A stretch of DNA of 64,000 bases from Candidatus Omnitrophota bacterium. GTDB lineage: Bacteria; Omnitrophota; Gorgyraeia; JABMRG01; JAFGKX01. Location: positions 68,071 through 132,070 of the forward strand of contig JAZDPX010000038.1 in assembly GCA_043797125.1 (NCBI GenBank), written 5' to 3'. Position 1 is the stretch's first letter, and every line of letters starts with the position of its first letter. Shown here one piece after another: positions 1 through 8,711 of this stretch. The position numbers and the translations under genes were made by a program. The notes under the pieces are model-generated. The model was not told the origin of the DNA and made no database searches. It saw nothing but the letters and a program-made list of their open reading frames with translations.

Positions 1-1287
1 TTGAGTTATTGCGTCACCTTCCAGGCCCAGCCTCTCTGCTTCTTTTTGGGCTTTTTCTTCACCATCTTCAAGAGATTTAATTAAAAGCTTGGCTTGAGAA
101 CCGCCGGTTATTTTAAATTTACCGTTTTCATCTTTCGCTACATAACCCTTTTCAATTTCTACGCGAATTTTTTCAATAAGCTTAATAGGGCGTGTGCTGT
201 CTTCTGAATGAGAATAAACCGAACCGCAAACATCGAATACAATGACACCGTTAGTGCCGTCTCCGGGGGCAATATAATACTCACCCGTAGGAATGTTGGC
301 GTAAACCTGGTCCTTAAGATCGCCTACTTCTTTAACGCCATGCTTGTTTTTAATATCAACCCTAATGTCTGTCCCGTTGGCAGTTGTAATATGAAGAAAC
401 GAGCCCTCTTCAAACAGGCTGTGTATCTTATCCGCTGCCTGGCGCATCTTTACATAATCAGGATTCGCTGTTTGCAGATATATTTCACAAGTCATCCTGG
501 GGCTGTTTACAGCGCTGAATAACGCTTTTTTATGTGAAGCGCTGCGCATTGCCTGAGCCGTTTTCATTGTATTATATATATTATCATGCCCTTTGTTATC
601 CGGTATACCAATAAGCCCGAGGTCTTCTTTGGTAAACGCGAAAACATAAGAAGCCTCATCCGTTAAAACAGCTTTATCTATAAGCTTGGATATAACAGGC
701 TCGGCTTTATCATTATATTTTTTTACAGGCTGGATTATCAAAATAGGCTTTGCTCCTTTTTCGAAAAGCTGTCGGTAATTTGAAATCCCGATATGCAGGC
801 CGTCCTGAAAAGGATTGGTGATAAGAAAAACGTTCTCGCCCCCTTCTATCTTAAAGACATCTTTTACGACTGCGGCTGTGGCATCTTCCATTCCGGGAGG
901 CGAGGCTGCCATTTTTAAGCCTTCGAAGTTTGCTTCTTTTTTACCTTTGTCCCTTAAATCTACACAAACACGTGTGTCGTCTTTAAGCGTTGTAGCTAAA
1001 AATTCCTGTGATTTATCTGTCGCGACTACTATCGTTGCCTCTGCTCCTTTAGCAGTCGCCAAATCATAAGCAGCCATTGCCTGTTCTAAAATTTGCGTAT
1101 CTGCCTGGGCAAGTATAATTACTTTTAAGCCCGGCTCTATGTTCTTTAATTTGTCAAACTCCTTATGTTTCCTTAATGCTTCTTCTGCGCCCTTTAAATT
1201 AACAAAATCTGAAAAAAGGGTTTTACTAAAAGGGTCGATCTTGAGCAGTTCTTTACCTAAGTCTTCTATTTTCTTTTGGACCTCCGG
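1..1287 (-). CDS. Partial ORF running off the window start; M29 (AmpS/AmpT-type) aminopeptidase-like domain; in frame with 1288..2469 after a single TAA
   Basis: My manual translation finds 429 open codons (PEVQKKIEDLGK...HITTANGTDIRVDIKNK...ANIPTGEYYIAPGDGTNGVIVFD...). The GTD, NxPxGE and NGxxxxD motifs are typical of M29. First in-frame ATG is at 1077. Absent from the ORF track because no stop falls inside the window. Confidence 0.7.
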
Positions 1288-2469
1288 TTACAGAGTCCAT
1301 TCAGGGGTAAAATACTGCCTTATTTTATCTAATCCTTCGGTATTGTTTCCTGACAAAAACATCTCGCCATAGGCTTTAAGGCGCCTGTTGATTAAATCCT
1401 CAAAGTCTCTGAAATAGGCCGCGAATTCCCTTATGAGCAGGTCTTCAACCTCAAAGTAATAACAAGAAAAAGATAATATGTTTTTAATAAATTCTTTATC
1501 TTCATCTTCGTCACTAAGACTTTTCCATAAAGCTTGCACAGCCTTCCTGTAATCTTCATCTGTAAAATAGATAGCGTGGTTTAGCTCATGTTCGCGTACG
1601 AAGCGCGGTTCATATTGCGTTGTGCTTATAACCGCGGCATCGCCATTGGCTTTATATGCTCCATTTTCGTAAATAAGATATTTGGATGCCAACAGCTCAT
1701 CCCTGATTCTTATCTCCATCATATTTAATACAATGCTTTGTTCAGCCTCGGTGAAAAACCTCGCTATATCTTTTAATGTATAATCATGCCCGCCAAAACC
1801 TGTCCATTTACGTTGACTTATTGTCTTTGACAGCTCTTCATCCGAATCAACCGGGCCAGGTTTAATCTCCACAAAGATTGCCAGCCTATCAAGTGCCAGG
1901 CCCTGTGTGAGCCTGTCGGCGAATATAAAATATAATATAGGTTTATTTTTGTATTGGGTAACCAAATAAGGTATGTCTTGGTCTAATTTTATTTTCTCTG
2001 TCTCGTCAAGGGAGTTAAAACTAATTACTTTATCATAGCGGATTTGAGGCAGGTATTGCAAAAGTGTCGATTTTAATTTGCCGAGTTGTATATCTCTAGC
2101 TTCTAAATATTCAAAAAAACCTTCTTTTTCAATCATCCTCCTGGTCTTGCCAACGTCGGTTGTGGTATATACAATCCATTCGTTATCCAGCTCTTCTATC
2201 TGCATAAATTTTTCTATTGCCTTGATAATCTCCTGCTTTTGTGAGGGTGTTAAATCGCGATATACAGACAGCAGGTTTTGGCATGCCTGATAATATTTTT
2301 CGTGCGCAGTATCCCTCGGAAGGCCCCAATCTTTTACGTTGTCCAGATTCAAAAATGGAAGGAATTCTCTGTAGATAAAATCCTTCGTTGCCGCCATCGG
2401 CCGCAAACAAAGCGCCTGATTTGGCAGCATCAATATAATCGCTATTATTATTGCTACTATACTTTTCAT
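1288..2469 (-). CDS. Exported protein (signal peptide + LRPM motif) with zincin-like HExxH domain
   Basis: N-terminus MKSIVAIIIAIILMLPNQALCLRPMAA; HELNH motif with downstream Glu (IREFAAY); AGGAG RBS upstream. Confidence 0.75.
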   Translation of the reverse strand: MKSIVAIIIAIILMLPNQALCLRPMAATKDFIYREFLPFLNLDNVKDWGLPRDTAHEKYYQACQNLLSVYRDLTPSQKQEIIKAIEKFMQIEELDNEWIVYTTTDVGKTRRMIEKEGFFEYLEARDIQLGKLKSTLLQYLPQIRYDKVISFNSLDETEKIKLDQDIPYLVTQYKNKPILYFIFADRLTQGLALDRLAIFVEIKPGPVDSDEELSKTISQRKWTGFGGHDYTLKDIARFFTEAEQSIVLNMMEIRIRDELLASKYLIYENGAYKANGDAAVISTTQYEPRFVREHELNHAIYFTDEDYRKAVQALWKSLSDEDEDKEFIKNILSFSCYYFEVEDLLIREFAAYFRDFEDLINRRLKAYGEMFLSGNNTEGLDKIRQYFTPEWTL

Positions 2470-2475
2470 TTTCTC

Positions 2476-2508
2476 CTATCGACCATAGACCATCGACTAT
2501 TGACTATC
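2476..2508. repeat. Degenerate heptamer tandem array (CTATCGA/CCATAGA)
   Basis: ctatcga ccataga ccatcga ctattga ctatc; same family at 58349..58378. Confidence 0.75.
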
Positions 2509-2555
2509 TTTTAATCGCCATTAATTAAATGTTTTAATTTAGCCCAAAATAATAA

Positions 2556-2597
2556 GTCCCCGAATGTAGAACTTCGTAATAGTCTACCTTCGGGGGC
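2556..2597 (-). terminator. Stem-loop followed by U-rich tract in the 5' leader (possible attenuator)
   Basis: CCCCGAA/TTCGGGG and GTAGA/TCTAC stems; on the minus strand it is followed by TTATTATTTT. Confidence 0.4.
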
Positions 2598-2626
2598 CCT
2601 TTTCATCAATAATTATTATCGTTAGT

Positions 2627-2655
2627 ATTATAGCATGGCACTAAAAGGATTTCAA
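2627..2655 (-). promoter_or_regulatory. Sigma70-type promoter
   Basis: TTGAAA-N17-TATAAT with extended -10 TG. Confidence 0.6.
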
Positions 2656-2683
2656 GGAAATTCTCTGGGAGGATTTGTGCTGT

Positions 2684-2883
2684 TGCCCCGTACCAGTCGC
2701 TCGCCCTAAACCCTACGTGGTTTAGGGCTTCGCTCCGGTACGGGGCACTCACCACTCACCAAAAATTCTGATGCTGCGCACTGAACCTGAGCAAATCGAA
2801 TGGTTCAATGGCCGTGCCACGAACCCGAACCCCGAACCTGAGCCCCGATACTTTAGGACGAATGGTTCGGGGTGAGTGGTTCG
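2684..2883. repeat. Cluster of REP-like palindromic elements downstream of tRNA-Thr
   Basis: TGCCCCGTACC...GGTACGGGGCA hairpin (2684..2747) and two GAACCTGAGC...CGAATGGTTC units. Confidence 0.65.
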
Positions 2884-2959
2884 TGGAGCCGGCGAAGGGA
2901 ATTGAACCCCCGACCCGCAGTTTACAAAACTGCCGCTCTACCAACTGAGCTACGCCGGC
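2884..2959 (-). tRNA. tRNA-Thr(TGT)
   Basis: GCCGGCGTAGCTCAGTTGGTAGAGCGGCAGTTTTGTAAACTGCGGGTCGGGGGTTCAATTCCCTTCGCCGGCTCCA: cloverleaf, TGT anticodon, encoded CCA. Confidence 0.97.
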
Positions 2960-2973
2960 AAATTTTCTTCAGC

Positions 2974-3867
2974 TTACTTTCTGTAAAATTTGTCCCGAGC
3001 CCCGATACTTCGGGGCGAGGGACTACTTTTTTTCATTGCTTCCGGAAGCTTTTGCAGCATATCCCCTGCAATCATAGACGCCTGGCCTAAGTCTTTCGCA
3101 GCCAAATCACCCGCAAGGCCATGAATATAAACGCCGAGTTTCGCAGCCTCAAAAGCAGAGGTGCCTTGCACTAAAAAAGAACCTATCACGCCTGATAATA
3201 CATCGCCTGAACCTGCTGTTGCCATGCCGGGATTGCCTGTTTTATTTATGTACGTCTTTTTCTTTGGCGCGGCAACTATCGTTTTGTGCCCTTTAAGCAC
3301 AAGAACGACATTATATTTTGTCGCGAATGCTTTTGCAACTGTTTTTCTTTGTTTTTGTACATCAGAGGCTTCAGTATCAATTAATCTTGCCATCTCGCCG
3401 GGATGCGGAGTCATTATAACAGGGGCTTTAATTTTTTCAAGCGCGTCCGATTTACCTGCAATAGCATTTAACCCGTCAGCATCCAACACAATAGGTATCT
3501 TTATCTTAGGCAATAAGCTTAAAATTAATTTTCTTGTATCCTTATTTCTCGAAATGCCCGGACCGATCACCACAGCGTCCTTACCTTTTAGAAGCTTTAA
3601 AATATCGGGCAATGCGCTGCTTGCAATTGATTTTTCTTTTGTCTGGGGTAATGGCTTTGTCATGACCTCGCTTAATTTCACCTGAGCAATCTTATTCTGA
3701 CTTTTCGGTAAAGCAAGTGTCACCAAGCCGCACCCGGAACGCAGCGCCGCTTCAGAAGTAAGGCACGCGGCTCCGCACATGCCTTCTGAGCCTGCCACAA
3801 CCAAAAGATGCCCGTAATCGCCTTTATTGGTATTTGCTTTTCTTTTTTTTGAAAGAACGGTATTCAT
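2974..3867 (-). CDS. nnrD: ADP-dependent NAD(P)H-hydrate dehydratase
   Basis: NKGDYGH, GPG, LDADGLN, TPHPGEM, VLKG, ATAGSGDVLSG motifs. Confidence 0.95.
   Translation of the reverse strand: MNTVLSKKRKANTNKGDYGHLLVVAGSEGMCGAACLTSEAALRSGCGLVTLALPKSQNKIAQVKLSEVMTKPLPQTKEKSIASSALPDILKLLKGKDAVVIGPGISRNKDTRKLILSLLPKIKIPIVLDADGLNAIAGKSDALEKIKAPVIMTPHPGEMARLIDTEASDVQKQRKTVAKAFATKYNVVLVLKGHKTIVAAPKKKTYINKTGNPGMATAGSGDVLSGVIGSFLVQGTSAFEAAKLGVYIHGLAGDLAAKDLGQASMIAGDMLQKLPEAMKKSSPSPRSIGARDKFYRK
2992..3023. repeat. REP-like hairpin inside the nnrD 3' end
   Basis: GTCCCGAGCCCCGATACTTCGGGGCGAGGGAC; near-identical copy at 12743..12773. Confidence 0.8.
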
Positions 3868-4325
3868 TTAGAATTCGCCGCCGGCCCCTCGGCTCCACTC
3901 GGGGTCCCTCGGCGAGGGGTCCCGAGCTTGCCGAGGGAGAGGCGGCTCCTACCAACAAGTATGGCGCTCGCAACTGCATATGTTCTTGCGTGCGATAAGC
4001 TTACCGCGATATCAACAACGCCCATTTTATCTTTCATCTTTTTGACATTACCGTATACCTTAACAACAGGTTTCCCCGATTCTTCGTTCCAGATCTCGAC
4101 ATCTGTCCATTCCACGCGTTTATTCCAGCCGTTTCCAAAGGCCTTAAGCACCGCTTCCTTGGCCGCAAACCTGGCTGCGAGGTGCTGATAAGAATGGGGC
4201 TTTTCTTTTGAATACGCGATTTCGTTATCTGTAAAGACTCTTTTTAAAAATTTATCTTTCCATTTTATTACGGCTTTTTTTAGCCTTGGTATTTCAACTA
4301 TGTCTACGCCTGTGCCTATTATCAT
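3864..4325 (-). CDS. acpS: Holo-[acyl-carrier-protein] synthase with repeat-derived C-terminal tail
   Basis: GTGVDIVEI, RFAAKEAVLKA, SLSH motifs. Confidence 0.95.
   Translation of the reverse strand: MIIGTGVDIVEIPRLKKAVIKWKDKFLKRVFTDNEIAYSKEKPHSYQHLAARFAAKEAVLKAFGNGWNKRVEWTDVEIWNEESGKPVVKVYGNVKKMKDKMGVVDIAVSLSHARTYAVASAILVGRSRLSLGKLGTPRRGTPSGAEGPAANSK
3877..3946. repeat. Composite REP-like palindrome inside the acpS 3' end
   Basis: GCCGCC...GGCGGC ends enclosing CCCTCGGCTCCACTCGGGG and TCCCGAGCTTGCCGAGGGA. Confidence 0.7.
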
Positions 4326-4371
4326 GTCGTTGTTTTCGTAACAGTTCAGCTTTTGTAAGTATCTCGACTCG

Positions 4372-4403
4372 GACGTAGCGCAGGCTTAAGCCTGCGCTAC
4401 GTC
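4372..4403. repeat. Perfect palindrome, GTAG-type REP-like
   Basis: GACGTAGCGCAGGCTTAAGCCTGCGCTACGTC; 26-nt core identical at 10676..10701. Confidence 0.85.
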
Positions 4404-4445
4404 GGGAGGACTATTATCATATATGTATTGAGTATTGAGTATTAT

Positions 4446-5159
4446 TTACTCAATCAACTTCCTCATTTTTGTGACCGCTTCATCTAGCCCTGTAAATACC
4501 GCTCTGGCAATAATAGAAAACCCTATGTTTAATTCTTCCACGCCTGGTATTTTTGCTATCGGGCCGACATTATCATAATCAAGCCCGTGGCCTGCGTTTA
4601 CCTTTAATCCTAAACACTTCGCATATCTAACAGCTTCTTTTATTTTTTTAAGTTCTTTATTTTTTTCATGCGCTGTATTTACATTTGCATAAGCGCCGGT
4701 GTGCAGTTCAACGAAAGGGACGTTTACATCCTTTGACGCGTCTATCTGCCTTTTATCGGGATCGATAAACAGGCTTACAAATACGCCTTTCTCCAGAAGC
4801 CTGTCTGTGGCCTTGCGTATTTTATCCTTATATCTTACGACATCCAAGCCGCCTTCTGTTGTAAGCTCTTTTCTTTTTTCAGGAACAAGGGTTGCTTCGT
4901 CAGGCCTGATCTTAAGAGCTATTTTTACGATTTCTTCTATTGTCGACATCTCAAGGTTGAATTTCGTCTTTACAGTTTTTCTTAAAATATAGACATCCTT
5001 ATCCTGGATGTGCCTTCTGTCCTGCCTTAAGTGACAGACTATAGAATCAGCTCCTGCTTTTTCACAGATATAAGCAGCCTTGACAGGGTCCGGAAGAATA
5101 GTTTTTCTTGCCTGCCTTATCGTGGCAACATGGTCTATGTTGACACCAAGCTTAGGCAT
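4446..5159 (-). CDS. pdxJ: Pyridoxine 5'-phosphate synthase
   Basis: MPKLGVNIDHVATIRQAR, DRRHI, TTEGGLD, NAGHGL; start moved to ATG 5159. Confidence 0.97.
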   Translation of the reverse strand: MPKLGVNIDHVATIRQARKTILPDPVKAAYICEKAGADSIVCHLRQDRRHIQDKDVYILRKTVKTKFNLEMSTIEEIVKIALKIRPDEATLVPEKRKELTTEGGLDVVRYKDKIRKATDRLLEKGVFVSLFIDPDKRQIDASKDVNVPFVELHTGAYANVNTAHEKNKELKKIKEAVRYAKCLGLKVNAGHGLDYDNVGPIAKIPGVEELNIGFSIIARAVFTGLDEAVTKMRKLIE

Positions 5160-6531
5160 TAATTTCCTCTTTTGCGATATTGGCCATGGCTTGCGCCATC
5201 TCATTTATCTGAATCTGGTCCTGGCCTTCAATCATTATTCTCAATTTATTGCTTTCAGTGCCGGAATAGCGCACATAAACCCTGCCCTGCTGGCCTAATT
5301 TTTCTTCTCCCTTGCATATGGCCTTGCTTAATTTAGGAAGCTCTGCTAAAGGCTTTTTCACTTTCACGTCAATGCTGATAAGTATCTGAGGAAATTTATA
5401 CATACATCTTGCCAGTTTGCTTAAGGGCTGGCCGGTTTCAGACATAATCTTTAATATTAAAAGCGCGGTTAGAATACCGTCGCCTGTAGTTGTATAATCG
5501 AGCGGTATAATATGCCCGGATTGTTCTCCGCCGAGATTTAATTTAGAGGAAAGCATCCTCTCTAAAACCAGTTTGTCGCCGACTTCGGTCTTTATCAACT
5601 TTCCGCCCCACTGACTCACGCACATGTCCAGGCCTATATTGCTCATATGCGTTGCGACAATGCTGTTTTTATTTAACAAGCCCTTATCCTTTAAATAATT
5701 GCCTATTATCGCAAGCTGAAAATCACCGTCTATGACTTTGCCGTTTTCATCGCAACAAATAACCCTGTCCGCATCGCCGTCAAAAGAAAAACCGCAATTA
5801 GCGCTGTTGGCTATAACTGCCTTTGATGTAACCTGCGGATGCAGCGCGCCGCATGCATTATTGATATTGTCGCTGTCAACGGTTGCGTTCAGGCACACAA
5901 GTTGCTTTGTAAGTAATGAAAATAAATCAGGCGCAATCATGCTCGCTGCGCCATATGCGCAATCTATAACTACTTTGTATTTTGAAATATCGCATCCTGC
6001 GGCAATTGTCTGTAAAAAGGCAATGTAGATCTTTTTAGCATCAGCCAGTTCGGATTTTCCGGCTGCTATTTCCGCGGCTTGCGGCTGGCTCTGCCCATCC
6101 TGCTGCAGCATGACTTCTTCGAACAATATCTTTTCAATCTCTAACTCTTCCTTCGCAAAAAGTTTGTACCCTTTATGCGAGAAAAATTTTAAGCCGTTAT
6201 CAGTTACCGCATTATGCGACGCTGATATCACAATGCCTAAATCATGATTGTAATCCCTGACCAAATACGCAAGTGAGGCGCTAGGCATAACACCTAAATT
6301 TACAACATCGACGCCGCGCGATGTTATACCTTTTGTCAACGCGTCCGCCAGGACGGTCCCGGAATCGCGCGTGTCCCTAATAATGGAAACTTTCTGCCTT
6401 TTTCTTTTATGCGGATTCAGGCGCGATACATAAATGCCTATTGCAAGAGCGATTTTTTGCACCATATCCTCTGTTAAGGGATAAGCCCCTACCCTTGCCC
6501 TTATTCCGTCGGTGCCGAATAATTTTTGCAT
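5152..6531 (-). CDS. glmM: Phosphoglucosamine mutase
   Basis: LFGTDGIR, ISASHN, DGDADR, GGEQSGH, RYSGTE; follows cdaA-cdaR. Confidence 0.95.
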   Translation of the reverse strand: MQKLFGTDGIRARVGAYPLTEDMVQKIALAIGIYVSRLNPHKRKRQKVSIIRDTRDSGTVLADALTKGITSRGVDVVNLGVMPSASLAYLVRDYNHDLGIVISASHNAVTDNGLKFFSHKGYKLFAKEELEIEKILFEEVMLQQDGQSQPQAAEIAAGKSELADAKKIYIAFLQTIAAGCDISKYKVVIDCAYGAASMIAPDLFSLLTKQLVCLNATVDSDNINNACGALHPQVTSKAVIANSANCGFSFDGDADRVICCDENGKVIDGDFQLAIIGNYLKDKGLLNKNSIVATHMSNIGLDMCVSQWGGKLIKTEVGDKLVLERMLSSKLNLGGEQSGHIIPLDYTTTGDGILTALLILKIMSETGQPLSKLARCMYKFPQILISIDVKVKKPLAELPKLSKAICKGEEKLGQQGRVYVRYSGTESNKLRIMIEGQDQIQINEMAQAMANIAKEEINA

Positions 6532-6533
6532 AT

Positions 6534-6983
6534 TTACCTGTGCCTCTTTCTGATAATCGGTACTTCCACGCGAAACTTTTGTTCGATGTTTATGTCTATG
6601 CCTTCTATCTCCTTGATCATAACATTTCTTCTGATATCCTTTGTCGCCTTGTCAACGGAAATAGGCTCGGTAGTGATAAAAGAAACAGCCTCTATTTTAT
6701 CAAGAGGGCCTGATGCAACACAATCCAAAGGCGAAATCCTTATCCTGTCTATTGCAACCGTATACCTATCGTTAGGAGTACCGACAAGATTAACGTGCAC
6801 AGGAAGCCTTTTTACTATCACGTTTTCGCCGCGCAGCTTCACAACTGCCTGCGAACTTTTTTGCCAGTCTGGGACGCTACTGTATAGCACGTTTGCGATA
6901 TATGCCCATGTAAAAACAGCGAGAAACAAAGCTGTGATTTTTAAAAATGCATTATGAACAATTGCCGAATAAAATGTTCTCAT
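6534..6983 (-). CDS. CdaR/YbbR-like regulator (short)
   Basis: N-terminal TM (LKITALFLAVFTWAYI) plus one YbbR-like domain, between cdaA and glmM. Confidence 0.75.
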   Translation of the reverse strand: MRTFYSAIVHNAFLKITALFLAVFTWAYIANVLYSSVPDWQKSSQAVVKLRGENVIVKRLPVHVNLVGTPNDRYTVAIDRIRISPLDCVASGPLDKIEAVSFITTEPISVDKATKDIRRNVMIKEIEGIDINIEQKFRVEVPIIRKRHR

Positions 6984-7801
6984 TTGGCTGCCCTTCTGCC
7001 TAAGAGCCTTAAAAGGCTTTTTCTGGACTGCATTGGTTTGGGGCTGCAGAGATTTCTCAGCATCTTCTCTAAATTAGCCCAGTCGAGGTCCTGAGTCAAT
7101 TTGCCGTCTACAGCAACAGAGACCGAACCAGTCTCCTCAGAAACTACTACAACTACAGCGTCTCTTTCTTCGGTAAGTCCTATTGCTGCCCTGTGCCTGG
7201 TGCCTAGCCTTTTGCTTACATGAGGATTATCTGTTAGCGGAAAAAGGCATCCGGCTGCCAGGACCCTCTCGCCTCTTATTACCACGCCGCCGTCGTGTAA
7301 AGGCGTATTAGGCATAAAAATAGTATTAAGAATCTCAGCCGTTACCTGGGCATCGAGGCTAATCCCGCTTTCAATATACACGCGTAAAGACGCGTCTCTT
7401 TCTATAGCCATTATCGCGCCTATTTTCTTTTTAGAAAGCAGGCTCGCTGCATTGACGATCTCTTCAATAATATGCTGCTCCAGCACGGCAAGGCTAAACA
7501 TCCCTTTTTGGCCGATGCTGGCCAGGCCCTGGCGCATTTCCGGCTGGAATAAAATAATCAACGCTATTACGATAAGGCCGAAAAAGCGTTCAATCATCCA
7601 GTTAAGAGTGTAAAACCCCAATTTTTGAGTAACAAAAAATGCGGACACAGAAACAACTAAGATGATTATTGTCAAACCCTTTAACACCTGAAACGCGCGG
7701 GTCCCTTTTAAAAATAGAAGCATAAGATAGAATAAATACCACAAAAGCAGTATTTCAACTATCGGTTTCCATACGCTTGCAAGATAATCTAAAATTTCCA
7801 T
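6980..7801 (-). CDS. cdaA: Diadenylate cyclase CdaA/DacA
   Basis: Three TM helices, FQPEMR, TPLHDGG, GTRHRAA; GGAGG before ATG 7801. Confidence 0.95.
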   Translation of the reverse strand: MEILDYLASVWKPIVEILLLWYLFYLMLLFLKGTRAFQVLKGLTIIILVVSVSAFFVTQKLGFYTLNWMIERFFGLIVIALIILFQPEMRQGLASIGQKGMFSLAVLEQHIIEEIVNAASLLSKKKIGAIMAIERDASLRVYIESGISLDAQVTAEILNTIFMPNTPLHDGGVVIRGERVLAAGCLFPLTDNPHVSKRLGTRHRAAIGLTEERDAVVVVVSEETGSVSVAVDGKLTQDLDWANLEKMLRNLCSPKPMQSRKSLLRLLGRRAAK

Positions 7802-7841
7802 AATGACCTCCAATCCGCCTAGCTAAGATTATGCCGGATTG

Positions 7842-7869
7842 ACCCGACCCCGAAACTTCGGGGGAGGGT
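7842..7869. repeat. REP-like hairpin
   Basis: ACCCGACCCCGAAACTTCGGGGGAGGGT, related to the CCCCGATACTTCGGGG family. Confidence 0.6.
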
Positions 7870-8711
7870 TATGAACTTATAATACTGTAAACCATATCCC
7901 TGGTCCAGACGCCTTCCATAACGTCGTGTACTCTAATTATGTCTGCGCCGTTTTGAATCGCTATTGCATTGCACGCAGCTGTCGGGATAAGCCTTTTTCC
8001 CACATCTAAATTTAATGTCTTTCCTATAAATGACTTTCTGGATAATCCTATCAACAGCGGAAACTTAAGTTTTTTAAACTCGGCAATATTATTAATCAGT
8101 TTTAGGTTGTGTTTAACTGTTTTGCCAAAGCCAATGCCAGGGTCAATTATTATGCTGGACTTATTTATACCTGCTGCCTGCGCAGCCTCAATTCCTTGCT
8201 TTAACTTGCGCTTAACTTCAGAAATTAAGTTAGTATACCTTGGCGCATTTTGCATAGTCTGCGGCGTGCCTTTCATATGCATTATGATGACTGCCGCGTT
8301 ATAGGATGAAATTATATGACCTGTTCTTTTGTCATGCAAAAGGCCCGTAATATCATTGATAATTGAAGCGCCGGCTGCAAGCGCTTGTTTAGCAACCTCG
8401 GGCTTTCTTGTATCAACAGATATCGGGATCTTAAGCCGCGTTTGGAGCTTTTTTACCAAAGGAATAACCCTTCGCAGCTCCTCGGTTACGCTTATCTGCG
8501 CGGCTCCCGGACGGGTGGACTCGCCTCCTATGTCAATTATATCAGCGCCCTCACATTGCATTTTTAAGGCCCTGTTATATGCGGCCCGGATATTAAAATA
8601 TTCTCCCCCGTCGGAAAAAGAATCGGGAGTTACGTTCAGCACTCCCGCCACCAAAGCCTTTTTACAAAGAGCGAGTTTAAATTTCCTGCAAACCAGGTAC
8701 TTATTGCGCAT
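7869..8711 (-). CDS. folP: Dihydropteroate synthase
   Basis: GVLNVTPDSFSDGG, DIGGESTRPG, DPGIGFGK, SRKSF, RVHDV. Confidence 0.97.
   Translation of the reverse strand: MRNKYLVCRKFKLALCKKALVAGVLNVTPDSFSDGGEYFNIRAAYNRALKMQCEGADIIDIGGESTRPGAAQISVTEELRRVIPLVKKLQTRLKIPISVDTRKPEVAKQALAAGASIINDITGLLHDKRTGHIISSYNAAVIIMHMKGTPQTMQNAPRYTNLISEVKRKLKQGIEAAQAAGINKSSIIIDPGIGFGKTVKHNLKLINNIAEFKKLKFPLLIGLSRKSFIGKTLNLDVGKRLIPTAACNAIAIQNGADIIRVHDVMEGVWTRDMVYSIISS

Noticed and set aside
1288-1290. Alternative genetic code as the explanation for the in-frame stop
   Set aside because: TAA, TAG and TGA all terminate conserved genes normally elsewhere in the window
2756-3090. Short ORFs 2756..2944 (-) and 2872..3090 (+)
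   Set aside because: They are translations across tRNA-Thr and repeat elements
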